This document shows, in pieces, positions 42,520 to 60,628 of a stretch of DNA of 64,000 nt. The stretch is from the human T2T-CHM13v2.0 reference genome, Homo sapiens. The stretch is taken from NCBI RefSeq assembly GCF_009914755.1, contig NC_060927.1; one strand, given 5' to 3'. The notes beneath the pieces were generated by a model that saw only the letters and a program-made list of their open reading frames with translations, had not been told where the DNA came from and ran no database searches. Within the stretch, counting starts at the first letter, position 1. The number at the start of each line of letters is the position of its first letter. The position numbers and the translations under genes are program-made.

Positions 42520-45143
42520 GTAGGTATTTCAGGTGAAGTTTTCTGCCACCATATACAGCAGTAGGATTGTGCTCATAGTTGATAGGCCCCAAATACAAAA
42601 TGAATATTGCTTAAATATATTGTGGAAAAGAAATGTAAGTGACTGCTTAAATTCAGAAACCATATTTATAATACTGAATGCTGTCAAAATGGCACAAAGG
42701 AAGTGAAAGGACTCTGCGCACCTAATTCGCATAGTGCTGCCTCCTCTCCTGAGAAAATTTTTACTTAAGTAAGAATTAGAGCTTCAGATCCAAAATATGT
42801 AACTCAAGAATAAACAAAGATGGACTTCAGACACTTTGCCACTTGGAATTGGCCAGAAAAGTGAATTAAAAACTAAGTGTTCTTGGCAGAAAGAGTAATT
42901 TCATAGAGTTGATAGAGAATTAAAGTATCCTTTCATTACAGAAAAAAAAATGATTTGAAGAAACCAGAAAGTAGCAACCTGAAAGACATATTTTAGAATA
43001 AAAATTAATATGCATTTTTCCCTAAAAATGCCAATCTGACCAAAGCCATATTTTATTGAGAGAAACAAAATATAGGATATTGAACATTTAAAAATGCAAT
43101 TTCAAATTTACTAAAACACTTTGCAGGTTATCCATGGCATGATTGTAATTACAATTTGTTTCTTCCCTGACATTTAGTAAAATATCCAGCTGCCTTCCTT
43201 CATTGTACCTAAAGGATGCAATCTTACTTTACATTTTATATGTGTCTTAGCAAAACAGAATTCAAATATTGATTCTTGGAGTTTTGAAATCATAATTCTT
43301 GTGATTTTTATTATAACTAATAATAATGCTAAAAAATTATTGTTATGACATCAATGTATTCAGGAGAGCTGGCCCAGCCTGCAATGTAATGGGAACACTT
43401 CAAAAGACTGGGAAATCCAATAAAAACAAAAATCCCAGCAATGTACATTTCTTGTCCTTGTTAGCATAATTATACCAACAAATCTTAAGACTATTCTACA
43501 CTGATATTTTTCCTTTGCTTTTCAATTACTCTTTTCTACTTAATTGAAACATATAAATATGCTTTGAAGTCATTTAGCTTCATCACTGGATAATTTATTG
43601 ATGTGGTTAGATACTTTGTGGCCAAGAATACCACTGAAAGAGCAGAAACCAAAATTACACGAGTTAAAAGATTGTAAATTTTCACTTTATTGGGTGTTAT
43701 ATAGCCCTTTTTCTCCTTAGAGAAAGAAATGATACCAATTGTACAGAAATTTTGTTGTTGATGATGTTGTTGCAAAGGATTAGAAAGAAAAACTATATAA
43801 GCCAAGCTCTCCGAGTTAACTGCAAATATAAACATGTAGCTTTCATGTATAATTAATATCCCAGTGATTGGAATTTAGAAGATGAGCAGATTGTGTAGAG
43901 TTTAATGGCCTCACCCTTAACTCTTAATGACAAATCTTGGTCAAGTCAGATATGTTTGGCAGAAATAACATTATGAAGTTTAAGACTGACTTGAATTATT
44001 CAACATCACTGTTAGAAAACAAAAAACCTTTGTCATTTAGCTACTGAGAATGACAGAAGGAAGATGATTGTTCTATAACACATACAGAAACAACTTTCCA
44101 GAGAGGGATCTAAAAGAACATTCTAGCACTCTATTCTTCTAGGCTTTAAGCCAAATTTGCCTCAAGCTTTCATAGGAGAGAAAACTCAGTTCAGTTTTCA
44201 TGACTTACATACAAATCAGGTGTAAAAAAATTGCTTCTTAAAAAATGTATAGATCTAAACTTGTCCCTGTTTCCACAAACTGAAATTAACTCAACACACT
44301 TTTCCTGGCTTATATCATTTTGATAAGTCATCTCTGTACATTTTGTGTGATACTTTTTGGTAATGACTGCTACTATTTCAAAGAATTTTTTTATCCTTTC
44401 TTGTTCAACTATAGCTTATTTCCCAAGATTTTTTTTATATTTTGTGTAAAGAGGAATGAAGCAGTAATCATGAGAAGTTTTTATTATTTTATATTTTTTA
44501 AAAAAACTAAAGTATTTCTTTGCCATCTAATAGCTGAATTAATACCCTTCAGATTTCAGACATCAATTTGAGGGCAGCAAGTGTTTTCTCCCATGGCCCA
44601 TACTATGACACTTTAAACACTCAGCTGAAGGTTGATGCCCACTGGGCAGCAGTAAACTCACTTTCTGCCAATTGATTATCGGTCACAGTATTTTAAGGGT
44701 CACATAAGACATTTTCTGTATCAGTCAAGAAATTTAAAAACCTGTTCTATTGCTAATTTAGTTCTCAATTACTTATCATAATCAAATTTAAAAGAGATAC
44801 GTGACTATGTCTTATATATAATAGTTTGTGCTTCACGTCACACTGTGCTATTAAAAAGCAGTATTTCTATAGTACTTACTTTTACAGTAACTATCATAAT
44901 CACAGATTCATTGAATCATGAGACCTAGAAAGCAGACAAGCCTGAAATTAGTATTTATGCAACAGTTGTCAACTGTTTATGTTTCTCATTTCTAAAAAGG
45001 TCATAGTAAAGGGTTATTATTCTTAGTTTCAGATGGAGAAAAACACCAGGAAGTATTAGCTGAAAATTGAATAGCAAGTTTATCAATACGATTAACAGAA
45101 TGCATTTGTGTAGTAGTCACCGATACAGGAAGAAATCACAGAA

Positions 45144-45986
<843 letters not shown>

Positions 45987-46552
45987 ATATCAGACATAGT
46001 CTCTAAAATAATAAGCTTGCTCTCTTTGCTCCATGTAGTTATTTCTTTAACTTAATTATGTTGTCAAACAGTATTTGAAAGTGGTTTAGAATTTTTTATA
46101 TGCCATAGAGTATTGAGTATACATAGTCTTAGACTAGTGGATCACATTATGACAGATTTCACCTCTACTCAAATCCTCTATATTTTTGGCAGTTTGATGT
46201 TTGCCATACACAAACGATAGGAGAATAATAAAGCATTAAAAATAAAATTCTACATTAATAGTGATGGAGTAACATATAGAAATTTCATGAATTCACTTTC
46301 TCTGTCACTTCTCAGCAATAACTATCTGACATCATATGGTATCTTAAATCTACATAAAATGCAACCATTACAATGTGTCTCAAAAATTAGACCAACCTAT
46401 AAGATGTAAAGGCATGTTTATTATCTGCTAATTACTCAGCAAATCATATCTTAAGGTTGAATGTGTTCATATCTACAAAATTTTAGCTTACTTTTTTGTC
46501 CCTTTTCTATCAGTTGTGAGACTTGATAATATTTTTTACTAATGAAGTAACT

Positions 46553-46553
46553 C

Positions 46554-46587
<34 letters not shown>

Positions 46588-46653
46588 GGGTTATGTTAGT
46601 TTAAGGTATACATTTGAGTTTGGTCTAGCAACAATTCCATATATATCTATGGA

Positions 46654-46687
<34 letters not shown>

Positions 46688-46765
46688 ATATGCCAGATTG
46701 GATTATAGATATATAGAGATATATACAGAGAGATAGATAAATATGGAATATATATATATGGAATA
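46553..46765. repeat. (TA)n microsatellite cluster interleaved with an inverted repeat
   Basis: Several pure TA runs read directly (46561-46586, about 46654-46678, about 46748-46758). Confidence 0.9.
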
Positions 46766-48038
46766 GGTGGGTGACCAAACTCAAATATATCTTAAACTAA
46801 CAAGTTTAAGATATCAATTATAAGAGAAGTCTATGAAAGAGAGAACTAGGAAACAGGCAGCATGTGGGACTTGGAAATAGACAAGCTGTGAGGGAATAAA
46901 ATCAGTGTTGAATATCTCCCTAATATTTCCTTTGTGGTTAATCGTAGAAGCTCTTTAGTTATTGAAGGAATATTCTTCTGAGGTACCCTCTCTGTTTGCC
47001 TGCCTGTGCTTTAAGTACAATGCTATATGTATAATACCTCTTTTGACATTTTTACCTGAGCTTCTCTCCATTCTATGACTTGTGTTAGGTTCAAAGGAAA
47101 TGGCAAAGATAGCGTGAGACTTCCTGTCTGCTGCTCTGAATCAAATAACAGGAGAATTATGAACACATGGGTATTCAAAAACTATATTTGCGATTACTGA
47201 GTATATAATTAAGAATAATGTTTAATATTGTTTATTTATTTATCCTTTGGAAAGAGATTTGGATGAGCCTTATACTCAAATACCAAGCATTTTGACATCC
47301 TCACTGCTATTCTCTGAGTAGCCATGTTAGAAAATGGTTTAACAACCCAGATTTCTATAAACCACATATCCAATAATGTCATTTCTATAGCAAAGGACAT
47401 ACAGTCCTCAGCCAACATTAAAATGTCTTTACAGTACACTAACAATGTTTATCAATATTTTCCTTTCCACATTTCATGTGAAATCTTGTCTGGGCTGAAG
47501 TCAGGGAAAATATTGTATTCACTATTATACAGTCAAAAATATTTTTATTCAGAAAGTATATGGCTTAGATGTTACAAATGGAATGTAAGTAAGCCAGGAA
47601 TGATAAATAAATTTGAAGCTCTAGAAAATCTAGGATCTGGTGGATATAATATTATCAAGTTTTGATGCATATAGAGGACTGTAGAAAAGTAGTAATGCAA
47701 ATATATAAGACTAGGTGGCAGACTTTGGAGAAATGTACACTAAGCTAAGGAAAATTGGCATAAACTCAATATGCCAAGGAAAGTCAACAGTGGAAAAGTA
47801 TATGCATTTTAAATATGATCAAATTGCACTTCAGAAAAATCAAAGTAGATCATTTTATTTCTTCATATTTTCAGACATTCTTTAAAAAGTTAGTACCCAT
47901 TTTTATTTTTTATTTTTTTTATTTTTTATTTATTTATTTTTTTTGGAGACACCTGTTTGTTTATTTTTGCCACTAATCATTATACGTTATTTAAAAACAA
48001 GAGATGATTAAATCCATCTTTCAGGTCATTTAGTTAAG

Positions 48039-50340
<2,302 letters not shown>

Positions 50341-52274
50341 TTATTTAACCTTCCTCCCCAACCCTGATTTTGAAAAGCCAAGGCTCTACTCTCTTCCCCA
50401 AGAAAATGGACATGTGATCATGTATGTAAGTGTTTACATACAATTTTAGGAAGTCTCTGGACATCCTAAAGTTTGCACACAAAGAACCCCTGGTTCTAAA
50501 GAATTCAATGTTCTATATATAAAGTTATGCTGAACTGACATAAGTGAGCATCATCTTTATGTAAGACTAGCAGTGCATTAAAAAAAAAAAGCTACGTGAT
50601 GCATTTGATATCAAGCTCTTGAGCATTACAAAGAGAATTTCTATTTTTCTCCTTCCAGAAAGACATGAAAAATCTTAAAAGAGCCTTTAAGTAATCTCTA
50701 GATTTTTTTAGTAGTTCTTTTTTACTTCTCTATTTTCAGAATTTTTAAATAGTTCTAGCCTTTGGCCTTAACTAAGCCTTCTTATTAGCATAAATGTTTC
50801 TTTTATCTTAATGTCATTTGAATAAGTTTGAATGTTAAAAATAAATATGATATATATATGGCTATTTAAATTCTCCATTGAGAGCATACCTACTCCCTAG
50901 ATATCTTCATGTTTTATTATTACAGATTGTGCCATTTATTTTGGTCTTATTCAAAGAAACTATCAGCACTTTCAAAAGATGCATTCAAAATCATTTTCTT
51001 CTTACAAAGAAAAATTCTGAAAATCTTTCCATGGCTTGCTAAGTTAGCTGAGTCTTCATGTAAATCAGTATTTACTATTTGTGCTGATTAGTATTTTTTT
51101 GTAAGGGAGGTTTCACCTTAATTGGGAACATAATAAGAAACTAGGCTGCTCAGCTGTCTATTCCTCTCCAGAGAGCCATGTTGAGCCGCACAGGATAGCA
51201 TACATGCCCTCATGGGATGCTGGACCACTTAAAAATATAACTAACATGGAGACAGACCAGCCCTGCTGTAAAACATGTGTTGGCTCAGCCTTCATTGTTT
51301 TGCTTTGTAGGACAAATCACAGTGGAAGCTGCCCTATGACACCATGTTGGCTTTTCATATTTATGTTCACAGAGGTCTTAACAGCGAGTGCATTTATCAA
51401 AGCAGAACTTTTTAAAAATTAAACATTTGGAAGAGTTGCAGAAAAGATTAAGAAATAAATAGTTACTTGCCTGGTGCATTGGGGGTGGGGGGAAGGAAAG
51501 TAGTCAGTGGTTTAATTATGTCATATGTATGACTATTTAACAAATATTTTTGCCATTATAATTAAAATCACTCTGTAAATTACCTACGTAGTTAGAATAC
51601 ATGAAATATATTCTGTTTGGGGTTTATTTTATTTTTAAATTTTCTGATAATTTTCTTTTGACAGTGAATGATACAGAAAAGCCGAAAGCAAAATATTTGA
51701 ACATTTATTTAATAATAAGACATTTTTCAAGCCAGAAGTAAAGCGTAGCATTTGAAATACCACTGGAAAATATGATGCTTTCTACCAAAAGCTTAGAGAC
51801 TCTCTTAAAATATTCAGGATGTAACACTTTCTCTAGTGTCTTCCCCAGAGTTTTTGCAAAAGCATATAACATTGCTGCTCTTTAATGTTCTCATATATGC
51901 CTCTTACAACTGAAATTTCAACTGCTAAGCCTTGTCTTTTTAAGCCAAATTTGAGAATATTAATATAATATAAAACAAATTTATTTTTAATGGAACCTTA
52001 AGATTATTAATATAAACTGATGTTTGAGAAAGCAAAATCTGAAGGTTTTTCCAATCAGTGTCCTTAGTACATATTTCCTGTTTGTATAGAACGTTTTACA
52101 GCTTTGTAGGCCTTTAAAATCCTGGAATTTCTCAATAAAATATCCCAGGGAGCAACACAGTGCCTAGTTCATAATACCCTTCCAGGATATTTCTAGGATA
52201 AGACACAGAGATTTGGGGTAATGCTTTATGCTCCTCAAATTACTAGTGGAGACAAGCTTTACTTTGGGGTATAA

Positions 52275-52500
52275 GGAGATGGCCAAGCATTCAGACTCTG
52301 GAACCAGATTGCCTGGCTTTAAGCCCCTGAGCTGCCAATTGCTCACTGTGTGTCCTTAGGCAAGTTGCTTAAACTCTCAGTGCATCAGTAACCTTACCTG
52401 TTAAATTGAGCTAATAATTACACTTGCCACAAGGGTCAATATGAGGATTAAATGAGTTTAAACATGTAAAGCTCATAGAACAGTGCCTAGCACATTGAAG
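52275..52500 (+). mobile_element. MIR SINE
   Basis: cagactctggaaccaga.tgcctgg...ctgtgtgtccttaggcaagttgcttaa.ctctc...tgaggattaaatgag...tagaacagtgcctagcaca. Confidence 0.8.
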
Positions 52501-54099
52501 AACTTATAAAAAATTATTCTTACCTACCTGCTGATTTAGAGTAGTATCTATTTTTAAATTATACAAACAGATTTTAAAGAAGAAAACCAAGAACTAAAGC
52601 AGCATATAATTATTTATTTGACATGTAATTTAATTTAGTTTTGAACTTCGACATTATATAGTATTTCAAGATATGAAAATTCCTTGCTGTGTTTTTTTAT
52701 TGCTTCCTAATAGTAATTCAACTATTAATTATTACATAACCACTTCCTTCATAATTTTGGGGAAGCAAAAATCACAAATAATTTCAAAAGATATGCTTTT
52801 AATTTGTATATCACCATTACTTTTCTAAATGTGAATGTAATACAAAATCAAGAAAGACATTCTTAAAAACTCATTTGTTATTAAAATTTTTCAATATGGT
52901 TAGTATCTTATAGTAAAAACAATCCAACATGAGGCAAATTTGTCAGTAACTTTCATTGTTAACAAGACACTTTTAGTTAAGAAGAAACCTTTTTTCCTAT
53001 ATGATAATTTCTAGCAGGAAGGAGGACATCACTGAATATTACTGAGGTCAACTGATGCAGATGGCATGCCACTGCTCTCTGGAACCGGCAGGAAAATCAT
53101 GTTTTGTTTCTCTAGCCTCACACCTTCCATTTACTCTAACAAATCTAGATTAAGAAATGTTACTATTTTCATAAATGCAGATCACCTTTCCTAATTTTTG
53201 CTCAGCTCTTTTATCACTAGAGAAAGTATTTTTTCAGCATTTTTCCAAGGGTATTTGGCTTACCACTAAATTTTAAAAAGGAAATGAAATAAATTAAGGG
53301 GGAAAATGGAATCGAATCATCATAGTGACTATATAAACTGAGGGTTTTCAAATCACTCTAAGATTAAAACCGTCAATTCTAGATTAACCATAAAACATGT
53401 TACAGGCAAAAATCTGTAAACAGAGTGCAGAAGATACAACATAGATTGTTAATGGGAATAAGAACCTACTTTTAGCAGATGTTATTGTTAAGAAATTATA
53501 TGTTATAGTATGTTATTTAAAATAGGAAAATACTCATATAAATTGTTTTACTCTACCCTAAGAGAAACCATCTTGTTCATTGAAGCAATTTCAAACCTGT
53601 CAATTTCAGGCATATATGATTTAAATGGACCTTTGAGACCATCAGAGAGCTCCTAAATTTACTGACACTAGTCATTTTACTAATGAACCTTATTAGCTCT
53701 GCAAACCACTTCTTAGCTTAGGATTCAACATCTAGTCAGTAAGGTAGCATATAATACTCAACATATAGCCATTCATTTAATTAGCTGTTATTGGGTGACT
53801 CAATATTCAGTATTTGGTTCTATTCTCTGTTTTAAACACATTATCCTTTTCATCTCACCACCCTAAGGAGGAGGCTATAATAATATACCTATATATAATA
53901 AAATCAATAATAAGATACAAATGAGGAAATTAAATATGCCAATGAGAAATATATAATATTCAAATGAGGAAACAGAGACAGTGAGTTGAAAAGTGAGTTA
54001 AAAAAGGTTACTTGTCCAAAGGGGAAAACATCTCCAATATCAGGCTATGTGACTCTAATCTTACAACTTCAACTGTACTGTGCTGGGTGAGCAAAATAT

Positions 54100-54158
54100 A
54101 GAGTAACCAATCATCCTAGTTTGCCTGGGACACAAGAATTTTAGTGCTAAAACTGGAA
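54100..54158 (+). mobile_element. MER94-like hAT-Blackjack fragment
   Basis: agagtaaccaatcatcctagtttgcctgggac...ttttagtgctaaaactggaa. Confidence 0.55.
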
Positions 54159-55080
54159 GTTTACTGCATCATATGAAACATCTAACTAGCAATAATTTTA
54201 CTTTCACTTAGCCAAAGATGAAAAAATAATTTTCATGTCAATACCAATCTGCAATAAAAAATAAAAATTTTCTATTTTTTTAAAACTTTTTGTGACATAG
54301 TGTGCAAACATAATAATACAGAAGCAGATACCTATGCACAAAAGGAAAGGAAAGTAGATGGACATCAACATTTTAGTGACAAACATTGTGCTAATTATAT
54401 ATTTTCTCATCCGATTATTTCAAAAAGTTTATGTAGAACATGATATTATTCTCATTTTATAGATGCAAAAACTGAAAGAGCTAAAATAACTTCCCTAAGA
54501 TCATGCAACTACTAGTTAGAGGAGCTGAAATTTGAATTTTTCTGTCTTCAAAACAATAGTTTTGATAATATAACTAATTTAGGATTAAAAATTATTGATT
54601 TGCCATTCTGTTATTTCAGTAAATCTTTTGTAGGTCTGCAATTGTTCTTGGAGAACATTCTTATGTGTGTGTTTCTTCTGACATTCAACTCAAAAAATAT
54701 GAAATTGAATACCTACTCTGTGCCTAGCTCTGTGCTTAGATAGTGACCTTATAGAGAAGAATTGGGCATTTAGTCCTGAGGTCAAAGCCACTTTAGAATG
54801 GGAGACAGACACCTATGTTGTTAACATTAATACTGTACCGTAAGTGTTCTAAAATTGATTGAGATATAAAGGGAGGAGAAAGTAAACTGTCAAGACTTCC
54901 TAAAACAGAGAAATTCATAGGAGAGTTTACAATGGAGATGATATTTAAGCTGCTTTTTTTTTAAAGTATATGATTTTTGTCAAGTAGAGATAACAAGAAG
55001 GCAGTCTTCCAAAGAAGAGAGGAAGGTGCAAGTAAAGTAATATTCAGGAAATTATGAGTCACTGAGAGAAATTGTAAAGG

Positions 55081-55746
55081 AGCCATAAACTCTTTGCCAA
55101 GGCTAAAGTCAAGAAGGGTATTTCCTAGGTTTTCTTCTAGGATTTTTATAGTTTGAGTTCTTACATTTAAATCTTTAATCCACCTTAGGTTAATTTTTGT
55201 GTATGGTGAAAAGTAGGAGTCCAGTTTCATTCTTCTACATATGGCTAGCCAGTTATCCCAGCACCATTTGTTGACTAGGAAGTCCTTTCACTATTGCTTG
55301 TTTTTGTCAATTTTGTTGGAGATCAGATGGTTAGGGTGTGTGGCTGTTTCTGGATTCTCTATTCTTTTCCATTGGTCTATGTGCCTGTTTTTGTACCAGT
55401 ACCCTGCTGTTTTGGTTACTGTTGCTTTATAGTATAGTTTGAAGTTGGGTAATGATATACCTCCAGCTTTGTTCTCTTTGCTTACAATTGCCTTGGCTAT
55501 CTGGGTTCTTTATGGTTCCATATGAATTTTAGAATAGTTTAATTCTGTGAAAAATGAGGTTGGTAATTTGATGGGAATAACATTGAATCTGTACCTTGCT
55601 TTGGGCAGTATGGCCATTTAAATGATATCAGTCCTTCCAATTTGTGAGCTTGGAATGTTTTTCCATTTATTCATTTCATTTCTGATTTATTTCAGCAGTG
55701 TTTTGTAGTTCTCTTTGTAAACATCTTTCACTTCCTTGATTAGTTG
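55081..55746 (-). mobile_element. Internal ORF2 fragment of an older L1 (L1PB/L1PA-old), within an L2 relic
   Basis: ORF 54961..55230(-) [36 protein letters not shown] is ORF2p-like; no 3' UTR or tail visible. Confidence 0.88.
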
Positions 55747-58700
55747 AAAAACAGGAGATATGGGAATAGGGTGAAGTAAAAGATAAAACTAGAAATTAAG
55801 GTAAAGAAGAGATTGTAAATGAACTTAATTACCAAGCAATTTAGACGTTAATTCTGCAATAAACAATGCAGTCTCAAAATAGCGGAATGAGGCATTAGCG
55901 CTTTATACTAATTGACTGTTTAATTATTTCTAGTGCCCTTCCTACTATACACCCCATGAGAGCAGAGATCTTGTATTGATTGACGATATGTCTCCAGAAC
56001 TCAGAAGAGTACTTGCTACCTAGTAGGCATTTTAAGAAAATTTTTTGTATCACTGAATGTTCAAAAATAATGATTTTTCAAGAGTTAGCTTACAATGGGA
56101 AACCAGATAGGAGCAAAGAAACCAGTAAAATATTACTGAGCAAGAGAAAGCAAAGGCAGAATATGGGCAGTGGCAACAGATTTTATGTAGAATCAATAGA
56201 ACTTCATAACTTATGAACTAGAAAGGGTTTAATAAAGTGAGGAGTCCAATGTCACAAAAGGGTTTCAAACCTGGATAACTAGATGGATGGTGATGTTTTA
56301 ACAACACAGGATTATAACAGGAAAAGAAAGTTCAAAGGAAATGTTAAAAGTTTGGATTTGAACTGAATGAGGATGAGATGTGTTTTGAACGTGATCTGAT
56401 AATCATCAGGCAACACCATAAGAAGAAAACAGTTCTTTAATTTGAGTACTTATGTGAATAAAAACAATGATTTAATATAGTATAACTGTGTTCAAATGGC
56501 ATCATCCATATCTTCTGAGTGCCTTAGAGGCATAAGAATATTTCATTTATTATCAAACCAATTTGAGATTATAATTGTAATTCACTATCTCTACAACAGA
56601 AACATGGAAGGTAGAAATAGATTAAATAACTGGTCCAAAGAGTCCTGAGTTGCAACTGGGGGAAAAAAATACAGGCACTCTAACTGTATTTTTTACAGTG
56701 ATAATCTAAGTTATCACCACACATTTTATTGCCTGGTAGACAAAATATAAACTTGATAGTATGTTAAATAACTGAATGACTTAAATCTGTAATAGAGTTT
56801 TGAGGTTGTTGAGATTTGTTTTGATTCTTCATTTTACTGACTGCACATTAGAAATTGCCAAACTAATAGAGAATACTACATCCAGTACAAACTCATTTCA
56901 TTACATGAAAATGTTAAGTCTCTGTTATCCTCTTTTTTTCACAAATATTGTCTGAGGCAAAAAAAAAAAAAAAACACAAAAAGATTTCACTGGCAAAATA
57001 CTTTAACCAGGGTATCTATGGAACATTTAAAGAATTATTTTGTTTTCTTTAACAACAGCATGAGAAAAGTGTAGTCTTATGATTATATAGTTTATCCACA
57101 TCACCTTTATCAAAATCATCATAAGTATTAGGGAACATTTGAAAAATATATATTGGTCAATATTCCCTTAAAGTCTTAATGTAAGAAAATAATTTTTCTT
57201 TTCTATAACAGAAAAGGATGATAAGGGGTTTTTGCAATCCATCGTCTCCAGAATATCAGTAACTGATTTCTTAGAGGATCTTCATTCAAATGCAGTTTAA
57301 AATATTCATAAGCATTTCTGGGATATTTATGAAGGAAAACCTAAGAAATTCACCTTGTGTGACTTGTAGAAGTATCTTTGAAAGTCTCTTAAATCAAATA
57401 CATGAGACTTGAAAATGATCTGGGGATTTCAAGAATTGACTAATTCAAGAAGCCTGGTTTGTCCACTGACTTTAGTATGATGCAAATACTAAGATGATTC
57501 TGTGATATGAGGCAGAAGGGGTGACTGGCTAAAATTGTACAAAAAGAAATAAGGTGTAACATTTTGAAAATTTAGAAAGAGATAATAAATTACTTCCCAA
57601 TATATCTTCCAAGAGCAATAATGCAATATGTAATTTTTACGTACTGGAAAAGACCAAAAAACACTGTTGCCAATAGACTTCTCTCACCTAAAACAGATTT
57701 AAAGATTAACATCCTAATTTTCATAGTTTCCCCTGTACTTATCTATTTTCTTGATTATAAAATGTAATCATGGATTGTAAAGTTGCTTATAATCTTCACA
57801 GTATGACTAGTTTCTTCTCTGTTGAAAACCAAGACAAATTACAGGCTAGATGGAGCAATAGTAAAAAAAAAAAAAATTCCTTAGTTCAATTAACAGCTGT
57901 TCTCAGTTGATGCTACTGCACAAAATACAAAAGATTAAGAGTTCAAATGTGAAACTTCTAATTCACAGGAAACCAGGGAAGCCTTCATTTGATTTTTTAT
58001 TATTCTTAATGAGAAGATAGAACTTGTTACTGATGAATTTTAAGATTACCTAAAGTATCTCCCAAAGAGTTATAGGTAGAACTAATTTCGAAGTACTGTA
58101 TATTCACATAGATCAGATCTTGTTGAAATACTCCAGAGTGAGTTTCTTAGGAACTATGAAATCAAGAAAAGTTAACTTGTTTTTATGAAGCACCTACTAT
58201 GATTAGCTCTATGGCAAGTGACCTTGAGAAACCCAGTGAATGAGGATACAAAGCATTATGGGAAAATAAGAAAGAAAAACAACTTAATATAAAAACAGGC
58301 ACAACATTTCATAGTGTACACAACAGATGTGATGGAAATGCAACTATGAGAAATATCACTGTGAGAGACTTTTAGGGAAGAGGTGTGTTGTATAAATTCT
58401 AAGGGAGTGGGGAGAGACGGTAAGATTAGAGAGAGAAGCAAATTGGGAGATTATCCTGGCAGGTGACTACAAAAGTAAAGGAAGAAGGAGACAGGATTAA
58501 ATAAATACAAGTACTAATAACAACTGGTAAAGCCGTGGATACAAAGGCTAGTTAGGAAAGATGAGGTGCATCACTGGAAAGAATTGACTAACAGGGTGAG
58601 ACTTGGAGCTTTTATCTATAAATGCTGTCTGAAAGGCACCTATAGCATAAAGGTTAAGATCTCAAACTCTGAGACAGACTACTTGATACTGCCACTTACC

Positions 58701-60566
58701 AGCTATTTGACTTTAGACAAGCAGTTTAATTTTCTATCCCTCAATTTCCACATCTGCATAAGAAAAATAATTATGGCATGTAGCAATACAAGTGGAATGC
58801 TTGCAAGCTCTTTTTATTCTAGTAAGACTGGTATTCTTAAGGGAAGGATAAATGTTTGTTAAAGAAAATAAAAACTAAAAGTATTCCTCTGACAGCAACA
58901 GTCAAGACAGATTAAAAAGCTGTGACTCTGCAGGCAGGGGAAGAAGACATCAGGCAGTCATTGTAATAACCCAACTTTTCCCATTAACATTCAGAATCCA
59001 TCATCATTCAAAATGGAATATTGGTCTCAGAATTTTTATATTTAAGTACAAAAACGACCTTTTATTTTCCCCACCTTGCTACCTCAGTGTTTCTATCAGT
59101 CTCCTACCTCCAACCTCTCTGAAACTATAGCCAAATAAAAGATTTCATGATTAACTTTAAGGTTTAAAACCTGAATTTTCTAGATCCCTGCCCACAAGAG
59201 TGCTGACAGTTCAGTTGACCTCAATAATTGACGATAAAGTTCTTTATTCATATTTGGGTAAAATTAATGACTTTGAGGAACATTATAGAATATAAGTTAA
59301 TATTCACTACAAATGGAAAACTTCCTTGGGTTCTAATTTTATGCATGATAAATTGGGAGCTTTATTAATACATTTAACCTTTAGCACATCTTTATTTAAA
59401 ATATAGATTCAAATGTAAAGTCTAGCATTTACATACATTGTACTAATTCGTAATAGTCACCATCACCCTTTCTAACCCACAAGGCTTTGAGTTCATAAAA
59501 GGAACATGAATTACAATATGTAATATTTCCATCATTGGTACACATCAGTTCTTTCTAGATCTCCTTTGTGTTTGTAAGGAAAAACTGTGCATAGTGCAGA
59601 TTGAAAAGTTAAAAATTCCAACAAGAAGTGAGAAATACAGAAGTAAAAACTAAATATGTCATACATGCTTATTTCAGGTGAATACCATTTCCCCTGCATC
59701 TGAAATGAGTTTATCTTTTAAACTTGGGCAATTGGGCAGAACAAATGCATTCACTTCTTTGAAATAAAGCAGTTATTTATGTCGAATATTCTACCTAATA
59801 GAGGTGTATTGGGAACTATAACAGTGTACCAATTGATATGATAAAAAAGGAAAGAAAATATGTTCAGTTTCTGATCTTATCTTCTATACCAGACTACAAA
59901 ATCAGAGTTACTTATTTTTCATGTACTGCCATCATTGCTCTGTTGATTAAATCTATGTCCAATGAAGACATAATCAGGAACTATTACAAATCCTACAAGC
60001 TCTGTAGCATTCATCAATCTAAAATTTTTCTGCTTAAAGGCCCTTAAAATCAGACTATGACCGATGGTTTATAATTTCTTTGAGAGAATTTATGAGTTTC
60101 TCCTTTCTGCTTTGCCTTAGGAATATTTCAGAAATGCCCACTGTAATATAAGTCAGGCAAAATTGCTGCACTGCCTTAGAAGTTGTACCACAACTGCAAA
60201 AGCAGCTATAATAACTGCTTAAATCCTGACTTCAGCTTGTTGATTGTTTTCTAAGGAAAAACTAGAGGACAAAAAGAACATAATCTAAACAAGTGATTGC
60301 AGGGCTTTAGGAAAAGAAGTACCTAATTCCTTTGTAATTTATATTGTAATTCATGTCCCTTTTATGAACTCAAAAGGAAATAATGCTATAAAGAAATATA
60401 GAGGTGCCTATGTATAATATGAATACGTTTATAGAAGCAGGCTGGAAAATGAAATTCCTATTAATAAAATACAAATAATTTAGTTGCCACAGCTGGGTAT
60501 CTCTTAACTGCAGCACATATTTCTGTAATTGCTCTAATCCATGTGTATTCTCTTGCTCTTTTGCAG

Positions 60567-60628
60567 GCAGACCAGTAATGATTGTGGTGGAATATATGGA
60601 GAATGGATCCCTAGACTCCTTTTTGCGG
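60567..60628 (+). CDS. EPHA6: EPHA6 kinase-domain coding exon (62 nt): (G)RPVMIVVEYMENGSLDSFLR
   Basis: Strong acceptor ttctcttgctcttttgcag|, donor cgg|gtgagg; EphA kinase beta5/hinge motif PVMIV.EYMENGSLDSFLR; VVEY instead of VTEY plus the upstream insert exon point to EPHA6. Confidence 0.97.

Noticed and set aside
42380-42598. 72-aa minus-strand ORF overlapping the insert exon
   Set aside because: Shadow of the GC-rich sense exon; no independent splice, promoter or homology evidence.
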